From Treponemataceae bacterium (GTDB lineage: Bacteria > Spirochaetota > Spirochaetia > Treponematales > Rectinemataceae), in contig CAXXVZ010000005.1 in the NCBI GenBank assembly GCA_963678065.2, positions 608,001-672,000 of the forward strand: 64,000 nucleotides of DNA, read 5' to 3'. The first letter of the stretch is position 1. Each line of letters starts with the position of its first letter. Shown here one piece after another: positions 53,854 through 63,328 of this stretch. The notes beneath the pieces are model-generated. The model was not told the DNA's origin and made no database searches. It saw only the letters and a list, made by a program, of their open reading frames with translations. A program made the position numbers and the translations under genes.

Positions 53854-55359
53854 ATGATCGTCAAACCGGGAATCGAAGACCTCAAACTGATCTGCTCGTA
53901 CACGGGCAAGGTCGTCATCGGTGTGGGGATGCTCCTCCTCGTGCCCATCGCGACGGCAGCCGTCTGCGGCGAGTGGGCCGCAGCGGCGGATTTTGTCCTC
54001 TCCCTCGGGGCCTCGCTCTGCGTCGGCTTCCTTCTGACGCTGTTCGGAACCACATCGCGCCGGGCAACCTGGATGCACGGGATGGTCACGGCCGGCGTTT
54101 CCTGGCTCGTCGTCATGGCCGTCGCGGCCCTTCCCTACTGGCTCTCGGGCAATTACCGGAGCTACCTCGACAGCATGTTCGACGTGATGTCGGGTTTCAC
54201 GACCACGGGCCTCACCCTCATCCAGAACCTCGACCACGCCTCGAACAGCCTCAACATGTGGCGCCACCTCCTGACATTCGTGGGCGGCCAGGGCGTGATA
54301 GTCCTCGCCCTCAGCTTCCTCGTGAAGGACTCGGCCGGCGGCTACAAGCTTTATGTCGGAGAGGGCAAGGACGAACGCCTCTTCCCCAGCGTCTTCCACA
54401 CCGCGAAGGCGATCTGGAGAATCAGCCTCATATATCTCGTCGTCGGAACGACGGTCTTCTTCTTCGCCGGTCTCGCGATCGGACTTCCGGCCGGCCACGC
54501 CTTCCTCCACGGCCTGTGGATCTACATGGCAGCATGGAGCACGGGCGGCTTCGCCCCCATGTCCCAGAATGTCCTGTATTACCACTCGAGCCTCTACGAG
54601 GCTGTCACCCTCGTCTTCTTCATCATCGGCTCCTTCAACTTCGCCCTCCACCACGCAGTCTGGAGCGGCAACCGCAAGGAAGTGTTCAAGAACATAGAGA
54701 ACGTCTCCTTCGCGACCACCCTGAGCGTCCTGACCCTCCTCGCCTGCTGGGGGCTCATGAAGCTGCACGTCTACCCCGGAGCTGTCGCGCTTTTCAGAAA
54801 AGGTTTTTACCAACTGGCCTCGGCGCACACGACCACCGGCTTCATGACTCTCTACCCGCGCCAGCTCGCCCTCGAGTGGGGCGATGCGGCCCTCCTCGCG
54901 ATGATAATCGCCATGCTGATCGGCGGTGGGGCCTGTTCGACGGCCGGTGGCTTCAAGGGTCTGCGCGTCGGCATTCTCTGGAAAGCCGTCGTCCAGGAGA
55001 CGAAAAAGATGCTCAAGCCGGGCTCTGCCGTCTTTGTCCAGCGCTTCCACTACCTCGAGGACAGGACGCTCGGAGAGCAGCAGGTCAGGAGCGCCGCCCT
55101 CATAGTCCTCATGTATGTCGCCATATTCGCCATCGCGACCATGGCGGGAACGCTCTGCGGATATCCGCTTCTCGACTCGGCCTTCGAGTCCGCCTCCGTC
55201 ACGGGCAATGTCGGGTTCTCGATCGGCATCACGGCGGCCTCGATGCCCGACCCCCTCAAACTTGTCTACATATTCAACATGTGGGCGGGAAGGCTCGAAT
55301 TCATGGCCGTCCTCGCGACCTTCGGCTTCGTCGCGGCCTTTTTCAGGAAAAAACGATGA
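53854..55359 (+). CDS. trkH: TrkH potassium uptake membrane protein
   Basis: Four P-loops SGFTTTG, STGGF, TTTGF and GNVG; GGGACSTAGGFK and WAGRLE motifs. Confidence 0.93.
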   Translation: MIVKPGIEDLKLICSYTGKVVIGVGMLLLVPIATAAVCGEWAAAADFVLSLGASLCVGFLLTLFGTTSRRATWMHGMVTAGVSWLVVMAVAALPYWLSGNYRSYLDSMFDVMSGFTTTGLTLIQNLDHASNSLNMWRHLLTFVGGQGVIVLALSFLVKDSAGGYKLYVGEGKDERLFPSVFHTAKAIWRISLIYLVVGTTVFFFAGLAIGLPAGHAFLHGLWIYMAAWSTGGFAPMSQNVLYYHSSLYEAVTLVFFIIGSFNFALHHAVWSGNRKEVFKNIENVSFATTLSVLTLLACWGLMKLHVYPGAVALFRKGFYQLASAHTTTGFMTLYPRQLALEWGDAALLAMIIAMLIGGGACSTAGGFKGLRVGILWKAVVQETKKMLKPGSAVFVQRFHYLEDRTLGEQQVRSAALIVLMYVAIFAIATMAGTLCGYPLLDSAFESASVTGNVGFSIGITAASMPDPLKLVYIFNMWAGRLEFMAVLATFGFVAAFFRKKR

Positions 55360-55952
55360 AATACTCACTGTCTCTCCTGCTGATCATTCTTTTCGTCCCG
55401 GCTGGCCTGGCCTCTGGCCAGACAGCTAGTCTGCCTTCCGGTCCGCCAGCTGATCTTCAGACCCCGGCGGCGACGGGGCAGGCGGTCCCCCAGGCGACAC
55501 AGGCGGTCGCCGTACAGAGCGCGGATCTCGTCGAGAAAGCGAAGCTCTACGACGGAAAAGAAGTCCTTTTCGAGGGGGAAGCCATCGGCGATCCCCTGGC
55601 CCGGGGCGATCACGCCTGGGTCAATTTCCTCGGGGAGAACTACGCCATCGGTGTCTGGATGAGCGAGAAGGACAGAGCGACAATCCTCCGCTACGGGTCC
55701 TACGCCTCGGACGGCGACCGCGTCGCGATCCGGGGAACCTTCCACCGCGCCTGCCCGGAGCACGGAGGCGACATGGACATCCACGCGGACTTTGCCTCGA
55801 TCATCAGCCGCGGAAAGTCAGTCACCCACGCGAGCCCGGCCGCACGGTTGGTCATCGCTCCGCTTTTGCTTGTCCTCGCGGCTTTTCTTTACCGTCTGTG
55901 GAAAAAACGCGAATCGCTCCTGCATCAGGAAAACGGGAGGAGGCCGATATGA
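55356..55952 (+). CDS. Exported, C-terminally anchored OB-fold-like protein
   Basis: Start MKYSLSLL at 55356 (ATGA overlap); signal peptide; YDGKEVLFEGEAIGD and GDRVAIRGTFHRACPEHGGDMDIHA; C-terminal TM segment. Confidence 0.72.
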   Translation: MKYSLSLLLIILFVPAGLASGQTASLPSGPPADLQTPAATGQAVPQATQAVAVQSADLVEKAKLYDGKEVLFEGEAIGDPLARGDHAWVNFLGENYAIGVWMSEKDRATILRYGSYASDGDRVAIRGTFHRACPEHGGDMDIHADFASIISRGKSVTHASPAARLVIAPLLLVLAAFLYRLWKKRESLLHQENGRRPI

Positions 55953-56143
55953 CGATAGACTCGGAAAAACTGGAGGCCCGCATCGATGAGGCAGTCCTCC
56001 AGGCGAGGCGATTTGCCAGGGAGAGCGGGAAAAACGTCGACTATGAGAATGGGCGAGCTTCCGGTCTTGAACTGGCCAAATACTATCTCGAGGATCTGGC
56101 CGACCACGAGCGCGAGATGAAGAGGGTCAGGAACGGAGTTTGA
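55949..56143 (+). CDS. 64-aa hypothetical helical protein
   Basis: GGAGG RBS and ATGA overlap; MTIDSEKLEARIDEAV... Confidence 0.65.
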   Translation: MTIDSEKLEARIDEAVLQARRFARESGKNVDYENGRASGLELAKYYLEDLADHEREMKRVRNGV

Positions 56144-56147
56144 GGCT

Positions 56148-56849
56148 TCACGGGGAATCGGAGTCCTGCGCAGGAGCGGGAGACAGAAGCCGGTATCCGA
56201 CTCCAGGTTCGGTCAGAAGGAGCTCGGGGTTGACGGGATCGGACTCTATTTTCTTTCGCAAGGAACTGATGTAGACGCGGAGGTTCCCCTCCTCGGCATC
56301 TCCCGAAGGTCCCCAGACTTCCCGGAGTATGCGATCCCGCGTCACGATCTTTCCCGAATTCCGGGCGAGCAGTTCCAGAATGGCATACTCCGTCGGCGTC
56401 AATCTGACGGGCGATTCGCCGATGGCGACCTCGTGCGACTCCCTGTCGATCCGGAGACGGCCGCACACGAAGACGATTTCCCTCTCGGGAGCGCGCCGCC
56501 GGTGAACAGCCTCGATCCGGGCGATCAGTTCGCCGGTATGGAAGGGTTTGGTCACAAAGTCATCGGCGCCGCGGTTCAAAAGCGCCACAATGACATCCTG
56601 GGCGTTCCGGACGGAAATCACGATCACGGGCACGGTGCTCCATTCCCTGAGCCTCAGAAGGACCTCCTCTCCCGTCATGTCCGGCAGATTGAGGTCGAGC
56701 AGCACGACATCGGGTTTGGACCCTTGAGCTGTCTGCAGCCCTTCGTACCCGTCCTCGGCAAGAAATACTTCCCAACCGCGACTCGCGAAGGTAATTTCGA
56801 GAAGTCGCCTGATCTGTGCTTCGTCGTCGATGACAAGAATGCGCATCAT
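56148..56849 (-). CDS. kdpE: KdpE-type OmpR-family response regulator
   Basis: ILVIDDE, LLDLNLPD, LREWSTVPVIVIS, LTPTEY, LRVYISSLRKKIE and TEPGVGYR motifs. Confidence 0.9.
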   Translation of the reverse strand: MMRILVIDDEAQIRRLLEITFASRGWEVFLAEDGYEGLQTAQGSKPDVVLLDLNLPDMTGEEVLLRLREWSTVPVIVISVRNAQDVIVALLNRGADDFVTKPFHTGELIARIEAVHRRRAPEREIVFVCGRLRIDRESHEVAIGESPVRLTPTEYAILELLARNSGKIVTRDRILREVWGPSGDAEEGNLRVYISSLRKKIESDPVNPELLLTEPGVGYRLLSPAPAQDSDSP

Positions 56850-59515
56850 TCCTTTCCTTTTATGCAATCGGGAAAGACGACGGTGATCTCCAATCCGCCG
56901 TCCTGTGCGTTGCGGGCGGCGATCGTTCCGCCGTGCGCTTCGGCTATACCTCTGCAGATCGCGAGACCGAGGCCCAGTCCCCTGCCCGGCGCGGCGGCCC
57001 CCCTCCGGAATTTGCCAAAAAGAGAAGCCATCTGACCGTCCGGAATCCCCGGGCCATGGTCCCGGACCGTAATCACGAGGTCCTTTCCGGAAATTTCGAA
57101 ACCGAAGGCGATCTCCGTTCCGGCCGGAGAGTACTGCCCGGCGTTCCGGAGGAGATTCGCGGCAAGCTTCGTCGCCAGGGCGACATCGAGCTCGGGAGAA
57201 GCCGCGTCGTTTTCGATCATGACGCGGATCGGATGAGCTTTGATTTCCGGACCTGCCTGATCCATCGAGGCCCGGGCGATCTCCTGGATATCGGAGGGCT
57301 CGCGCTTCAATCTGAGCATGCCGGCCTCGATCCTGCTTATCGAAAGAAGGTCCTCCACGATGCGGTTGAGGCGCTCCGCCGCGCCCAGGGCCCCCGCGAG
57401 AAGATCGTGGCGCGCCGCGGGATTGCCGGCGAGCAGATCGTCTCCGAGAGCCGAAACGGAGCCGACGATTGTCGTGAGCGGAGTGCGGAGTTCGTGGGAG
57501 ACGGAATCGAGGAGAACCCGCGCCAGACGGTCGGATTCGAGCTCGCGGGCGATGCGCCGGCTTTTCGCCTCGACGGCGGCGCGGCTTATGGTGAGGGCGA
57601 GCGTATGCCCGAGGGAGAGGACCAGATCGTCGTCGCCGCGAGTCCAGGTTTTCCCTTCGGGAACGCGAACGCCTATGACCGCCGCCGTCTTGCCACCCGC
57701 AGATGCCGGAAAATAGCGCAAGGCGCAGCCGGACATGGAGCCCGTGGCTCTCCCGCAGATCGTGCCTGAGGTCCAGGCGTAAGTCGCGGCCTCGAATTCC
57801 ACCGATGAATGGGCAGATGATTCTCCGTACGGCCTCTCTCCCGGCCGGCCTGTTCCTGAATCGACATATACGACGGCTCCGGGCGCGAAATGCTTTTCCA
57901 CCATACCGGCGGCGACAGCCGCCGCCTCCGCGATTGTCGAACACTCGGCGAGTTGCTCCGCCGCGTTGAACAGGAAATCGGTCCGCCTCTCCCGCTCGGT
58001 CACCATCCGCTCGCTGGCTTTCAGCCGCGAGACAAGGGATCCCGTGACGAAGGCGACAAGAAAGTAGACGGCGAAGAGTATCCAGTCCTCAGGAGTGCCT
58101 ATGGTGAAGGTAAAAAGGGGCGGTATGAAAAGGAAGTTGAAGGTGAGGGCCGACAGGACGGCGAAGCCCGCGACGGCGGCCGGGCTCGTAAAAAAGGACA
58201 GAACCAGGACGACCGCGAGATACATGAAGGCGATCGACCTGTATCCGAAAACGGGGACCACGGCTTTCCCGACAGCCGTGACCGCGAGGAAGGCGGCGAT
58301 GAAGACGAAGTACGGCCGGGGCCAGGTCGGAAGAGATATCCGTGGCCCCGGACCGGCAGCGGAAGGGGTAGTGGCCGCGTCCTGCACGACCGTGACGTCG
58401 ATGGGACCGGCGTCGCGGACGATCCTGTCCGAAACGGTGAGACGGCCTGGTAGTGAATTCCGCGAAGAGAGGCCGGAACGACCGATCACGATCATCGAGA
58501 CATTCCTCGATCGGGCCGCCTCGAGAATCGTGGCGGCGATGTCCAGTCCCTGAATCACCTGAGTCTCGGCCCCGAGACGCCGGGCCAGGTCGAGGTTGGC
58601 CTCCAGCCGGGACAACTCGGGTGCGGAAAGTTCGGCGCCCGAATCGATGTGGACGGCCGTCCAGTCGGCCCGGAGCGCGTAGGCTGTCCGCCGCGCCCAG
58701 CGAATAAGGTGAGCGGAGCTGGGAGACGGTCCGACAGCCACCAGGATCCGTCCTCCGAGCGCAGGCCTTGGCGGCGAACCGTTCTCGGCCCGGACATAGG
58801 CGGTCAGATTGCGTTCGGCCTTCCCCGCCGCGTACCGGAGCGAAAGCTCCCGGAGAGCCCCCAGATTGCGCCTGTTGAAAAAACCTTCCACGGTCAGGTT
58901 CGGGATGCCGGGAACGAAAACCTTCCCGGCCTTCAGCCTGTCGAGGAGGTCGTCGGGATCGAGGTCGATGAGCCGCAAGTCGTCGATCCGGTCGAAAACC
59001 GAATCGGGCACCCGATCGGGGATGCCGACTCCGGTCAGATCCTCCACCACTTCCGCGAGGCTCTCCATGTGCTGGATGTTGACGGAAGTCCAGACCGGGA
59101 TGCCCCGGTCCAGCAACTCGATGACATCCTGCCATCGCTTCGCGTGCCGTGAGCCGGAACGATTGGTGTGGGCCAGATCGTCGACCACGACAATGGCCGG
59201 TTTCCGCTCCACTATGGCGTCGACATCGAGTTCGCCGGCATGGGAGAGGCCGTATCCGGACTCTCCGCGCGACAGCGTCTCCAGGCCTTCGAGCAAGGCT
59301 TCGGTCTCCGCCTGCCCGTGTGTATCGACGACAGCGACGAGGACTTCGATCCCTTGCGCCCGCAAGGCGCGCGCGTCCTGGAGCATGGCGTGGGTCTTTC
59401 CCACGCCGGCGCACATCCCGAGGAAGGCTTTAAATTGCGGACGGACAGTCGAACGCTCTTCTTCCTTTATCAATTCGACCAGCCGATCGGTATCGGAACC
59501 GGTTTTCGCATCCAT
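56846..59515 (-). CDS. kdpD: KdpD sensor histidine kinase
   Basis: GMCAGVGKTHAML, DDLAHTN..GSRHAKRWQD, a Usp domain, four TM segments with FNFLFIPP, and SHELRTPL. Confidence 0.94.
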   Translation of the reverse strand: MDAKTGSDTDRLVELIKEEERSTVRPQFKAFLGMCAGVGKTHAMLQDARALRAQGIEVLVAVVDTHGQAETEALLEGLETLSRGESGYGLSHAGELDVDAIVERKPAIVVVDDLAHTNRSGSRHAKRWQDVIELLDRGIPVWTSVNIQHMESLAEVVEDLTGVGIPDRVPDSVFDRIDDLRLIDLDPDDLLDRLKAGKVFVPGIPNLTVEGFFNRRNLGALRELSLRYAAGKAERNLTAYVRAENGSPPRPALGGRILVAVGPSPSSAHLIRWARRTAYALRADWTAVHIDSGAELSAPELSRLEANLDLARRLGAETQVIQGLDIAATILEAARSRNVSMIVIGRSGLSSRNSLPGRLTVSDRIVRDAGPIDVTVVQDAATTPSAAGPGPRISLPTWPRPYFVFIAAFLAVTAVGKAVVPVFGYRSIAFMYLAVVLVLSFFTSPAAVAGFAVLSALTFNFLFIPPLFTFTIGTPEDWILFAVYFLVAFVTGSLVSRLKASERMVTERERRTDFLFNAAEQLAECSTIAEAAAVAAGMVEKHFAPGAVVYVDSGTGRPGERPYGESSAHSSVEFEAATYAWTSGTICGRATGSMSGCALRYFPASAGGKTAAVIGVRVPEGKTWTRGDDDLVLSLGHTLALTISRAAVEAKSRRIARELESDRLARVLLDSVSHELRTPLTTIVGSVSALGDDLLAGNPAARHDLLAGALGAAERLNRIVEDLLSISRIEAGMLRLKREPSDIQEIARASMDQAGPEIKAHPIRVMIENDAASPELDVALATKLAANLLRNAGQYSPAGTEIAFGFEISGKDLVITVRDHGPGIPDGQMASLFGKFRRGAAAPGRGLGLGLAICRGIAEAHGGTIAARNAQDGGLEITVVFPDCIKGKE

Positions 59516-59634
59516 CGTACACTCCCTCTGCCAGGACCCGGGATTTCATTGTACCGCGCTGGCCTTTTTTAGCACAGCTCTTCGCCGCCCAGGGCGTTAT
59601 TGACAGGATAGCGCGTCAGTACGGAAATCAGATT

Positions 59635-60012
59635 ATGAGCGCATGGACGCGGACCCTGAAATTCATCGCGACCGGAACGATTTCCCTCCTTCTTACCTCA
59701 TGCTACGGGACCATACAGGCCATGTATGGGGTGCCGTTCCGCCTGCGCGAAGCCACGATCCGCGCGAGGACGGGGGACAATCGCCCGATTCCGGGGCTCT
59801 CTGTCGTGATTCACGGAGACCATTTCCTGGAATCGGGCAAGACCGACGCTTCAGGCGAGGCGGTCCTCACAGCAGACCCCGACGTCGATCTTTCGTTGCT
59901 CATACGGGATATCGACGGCGCGGCCAACCTCGGCGAGTTCGCCGACCAGGAAGAGCCCGTTCCCAAAATCGGTGGCGATATCGAGATGAACGTGACAATG
60001 ATTTCCAAGTGA
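59635..60012 (+). CDS. Radical-SAM-associated putative lipoprotein (TIGR04134-like)
   Basis: Lipobox LTS-C followed by YGTIQAMYGVP; beta-sandwich-like PIPGL, TDASG and DIDG..N.GEF; GTGA overlap with the rSAM gene. Confidence 0.75.
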   Translation: MSAWTRTLKFIATGTISLLLTSCYGTIQAMYGVPFRLREATIRARTGDNRPIPGLSVVIHGDHFLESGKTDASGEAVLTADPDVDLSLLIRDIDGAANLGEFADQEEPVPKIGGDIEMNVTMISK

Positions 60013-61088
60013 ATCTGTTCCCCGTTTCCTTCAGGCAGAAGGCCTATGACCGTCACAGGGAAATCGAGACGGATCGGCATATCCTCCTCTACCTCTTCTT
60101 CGAACTCACGCGGCGATGCAATCTCCGCTGCCGGCACTGCGGTTCGGACTGTTCGAGCGAAACGGCGCGTGGAGAACTCGACACGGCGAGCTGGCTCAAA
60201 ATCGTCGATTACCTCGCGAAGAATGCTTCGCCGAAACCCGCGATCGTGCTGACTGGAGGCGAACCGCTCGTCCATCCCGGATTTTTCGACATCGAGCTCG
60301 CCCTGCGCGACACAGGGTTCACGTGGGGCATGGTCACGAACGGATTCTCCCTCAACGAGGACAGACTCGCGCGCATCACCGAGGCGGGCATCTCGAGCAT
60401 CACGGTCTCCTATGACGGTACAGAGGAAGCCCACAGCTGGCTGCGCAATCACCCCCATGCCCATGAAAGAGCGATCGCGGCCATGAGGCTCATCGGAAAA
60501 TCATCGATCCCGACGCGTGACGCGGTCACCTGCGTCTTCCCCGCCAATCTGGACCGCCTCGACGAAACGGCCGAGCGCCTGGCTGGACTCGGCATGAACA
60601 GCTGGCGACTCTTCCGCATCTTCCCGAAGGGGCGCGCAGCGGAGGAACCGGAGCTCTCGCTGTCGCGAGGACAGAGTCTCGAACTCGTCGATTGGATAGC
60701 GGGAGCACGGACACGCTGGGCTCCGAAGGGATTCGACATTTCCTTCAGCTGCGAAGGCTATCTACCCTTCGCCATCGACCGGAAAGTCAGGGCCGAACCC
60801 TTTTTCTGCCGCTCGGGCATCAGTATAGCCTCCATTCTCTGCGATGGAATCGTATCGGGCTGCAACAACAACGGCCCCGAGTATGCCCAGGGCAACCTCC
60901 TCGAACGGGACTTCTTCGACATATGGGAGCGGGGCTTTGCAGAATATCGCGGCCGCGAATGGATGCGAACCGGCATTTGCGCGGACTGCGACGAGTGGAA
61001 GCACTGCCGCGGCGGATCCATTCATTTGCGGAGGAAAAACCTTCCGGGCCCCGGCTTCTGCTATATCAAGGACTGCCCTTCGGGCTAG
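60009..61088 (+). CDS. Radical SAM/SPASM-domain protein (TIGR04133-like)
   Basis: GTG start at 60009; CNLRCRHC, TGGEPL and WGMVTNG; SPASM Cys pattern FFCRSG...GC and CADC...CRGG...C. Confidence 0.88.
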   Translation: MNLFPVSFRQKAYDRHREIETDRHILLYLFFELTRRCNLRCRHCGSDCSSETARGELDTASWLKIVDYLAKNASPKPAIVLTGGEPLVHPGFFDIELALRDTGFTWGMVTNGFSLNEDRLARITEAGISSITVSYDGTEEAHSWLRNHPHAHERAIAAMRLIGKSSIPTRDAVTCVFPANLDRLDETAERLAGLGMNSWRLFRIFPKGRAAEEPELSLSRGQSLELVDWIAGARTRWAPKGFDISFSCEGYLPFAIDRKVRAEPFFCRSGISIASILCDGIVSGCNNNGPEYAQGNLLERDFFDIWERGFAEYRGREWMRTGICADCDEWKHCRGGSIHLRRKNLPGPGFCYIKDCPSG

Positions 61089-61141
61089 AATCTCCGCAGG
61101 TCCGGCAGGACACAAACCTCCCGCACTGAAGGCGGCTCGAC

Positions 61142-61957
61142 ATGGCATTCGGCATTCCACCGAGAAAACCGGAAAAACACATGCCCTTCTACAAGATGCT
61201 CGACATCTTCGACGAGGAGGGGTGCCCCGTCTGCAATCTCGTGAACCGCGCGGTGGAAGGCTACTTTGCCGATCTCCTCTACGAAAACGTGAATGACAGG
61301 ACGCTCAGGGCGCGCTTCGCGCGCGACGTCGGACTGTGCAACCGACACGTCCACCAGCTCGGCGGGTACAATGACGGGCTCGCCATCGGGATTCTCTACA
61401 GAGACATCATCGCGAAGACAATCCGCGCGCTCGGCGGCCCCGACGGCGGCGCGGCTTCGGACATGGTCACGGAGCTGCCGCTCCACCGGGGGCACTGCCT
61501 TGTCTGCGACTACGAGCGGGATACCGAATCCCGCATGATCGGCATCATCGCCGATTTCGCCTGCGATGATGAGTTCCGCGCGCGGTTTCTCCGATCGCGG
61601 GGCCTCTGCATTCCCCATCTCGCGCGCATCGCTTCCGCTCTGCCAGGAAAGACTCTCCCCGCATGGCTGGCCGATTTCCACCGGGAAAAATACGCGACTC
61701 TCCTCTCCGACCTCGACGTCTACCTCGAATCGTGCAACTTCACGCGGGACAGGAGCAGGCCGCAGCCGGACAGCGCTCAGAGCCGCGTCTGGAAGAAAAT
61801 TCCGGACCGCGTCGCGGGGTATGCGGGGCTGCCGAGGTACACCGACGCGAGAGTGAAAAAGGGGATCGCCCACGCGCTGTTCGGGACGAAGCGTGGAACA
61901 GGACTAAGCGGCAACTCCGGGGGCTCCGATTCCGGAGACAAGGATGGACAGCGATGA
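61142..61957 (+). CDS. DUF6062-like Cys/His-rich protein
   Basis: Duplicated CPVC...GLCNRH and CLVC...GLCIPH modules; LLYENVND. Confidence 0.7.
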   Translation: MAFGIPPRKPEKHMPFYKMLDIFDEEGCPVCNLVNRAVEGYFADLLYENVNDRTLRARFARDVGLCNRHVHQLGGYNDGLAIGILYRDIIAKTIRALGGPDGGAASDMVTELPLHRGHCLVCDYERDTESRMIGIIADFACDDEFRARFLRSRGLCIPHLARIASALPGKTLPAWLADFHREKYATLLSDLDVYLESCNFTRDRSRPQPDSAQSRVWKKIPDRVAGYAGLPRYTDARVKKGIAHALFGTKRGTGLSGNSGGSDSGDKDGQR

Positions 61958-63180
61958 AGCATGCTGAAATCGTCTATTACACCGGCACGGGCAACACGCT
62001 CCGCGCACTCACAATTGTCGCGCAGGAACTCGAAAAAAACGGATGGACCGTCTGTATGACGGACATCGGGACAGGCCAAGTCCCCGCCGCCCTGACGCGC
62101 ACTCCCGGATGGGCGCCGGACTCAGGCGACATGCTCATCGTCGGCTTCCCGACTCTGGGATTCTCGGCTCCGGCTTCGCTATTCCCGTATCTGGGACGTC
62201 TTTTGTGCGCAGGATCGGCCGCGGCGGCCCATGTGGCGTCTGAAGCGGCGATGCGGGCCGAATCGCCTGAGGCAGGTCCGCCGCAGACGGCGCTGCCTCA
62301 GGTGGCACTGCCGCAGGCAGCCATCCTCTGCGCCTGCGGATCGAGCGCGACGAAAGGCGGCAGGATAGTGAACGGATGGAGCGGAACCGCGTCACAGAAA
62401 GTGGCGTCCGAACTCTCGCGACTGGGTTACCAGACCGTCGCGAGCGCCGACATCTCCTACACGGAAAACTGGACTCAGGTCACCAGTCCGCAGGATGGAA
62501 AAATCCGCGAAGCCATGACTGCCAGGGGCGACGCCCAGGCGGCGGCATTCGGCGCCGATCTGGCCGCAGGACGATTTTGCAGGCTGAAGCGCGGACTCGC
62601 GGCAAAGGCCTTCGGGCAGCCGGTCGGATGGATATTCCGCACTCTCGCCCGCAAGGCCCTCGCGAGGATGTTCGGCGCCGACTCCTCGTGCACCGGCTGC
62701 GGCCTGTGCGCGCGCACCTGCCCCGCGGGCGGCATCGACATGAAGGGCGAAAGGCCGGCCTGGAATCTGAACTGCACTGCCTGCAACCGCTGCATCAACG
62801 CCTGCCCCACGCACTCCATACAGACCACGACCGCGCGGCTCGTCCTCATGGCGGGGCTCAACATATTCTTCTTGATAGCGTCCTGGCCTGCCGCGAAGGC
62901 CATCCTGCGGGCGCTGCTTCCCGCTCTCATGGGACAGCTCTCCGCGGGCGCCCCACCGGCGTTCCCGGGCGCAGGTCTCGCGGCATTCCTCCTCACCTTC
63001 GCGCTCGCCTTCGCCCTCTTCGCGCTCGCCACACTCTTCCAGGTCGGCCCCCTGGACGGGGTCCTGCGAGGCCTGGAGCGCAACTCCGTCACAGCCCGTC
63101 TCTTCGAAGCCTCGTACACGAAGAAATTCAGGCGATACCTCGCCCCCGGATTCAGGCCGGGCGAGAAACCCTACAGATAA
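61954..63180 (+). CDS. EFR1-family flavodoxin-fold plus 2[4Fe-4S] ferredoxin protein with a C-terminal membrane segment
   Basis: Start MKHAEIVYYTGTGNT at 61954; CTGCGLCARTCP and CTACNRCINACP. Confidence 0.85.
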   Translation: MKHAEIVYYTGTGNTLRALTIVAQELEKNGWTVCMTDIGTGQVPAALTRTPGWAPDSGDMLIVGFPTLGFSAPASLFPYLGRLLCAGSAAAAHVASEAAMRAESPEAGPPQTALPQVALPQAAILCACGSSATKGGRIVNGWSGTASQKVASELSRLGYQTVASADISYTENWTQVTSPQDGKIREAMTARGDAQAAAFGADLAAGRFCRLKRGLAAKAFGQPVGWIFRTLARKALARMFGADSSCTGCGLCARTCPAGGIDMKGERPAWNLNCTACNRCINACPTHSIQTTTARLVLMAGLNIFFLIASWPAAKAILRALLPALMGQLSAGAPPAFPGAGLAAFLLTFALAFALFALATLFQVGPLDGVLRGLERNSVTARLFEASYTKKFRRYLAPGFRPGEKPYR

Positions 63181-63328
63181 TCAGGATCAGAGTTCCGGAA
63201 ACTTTGCGAGTTCAGTGTCGCCCAACTCTGTCAGCTTGGAATACCTCATTTGTGGCATCTTCTGTTTACAATAGAGTTTCTATGGCATAGACTATAAAAA
63301 ACTAAACGCCGTCAGGAGGATTAAAGTT

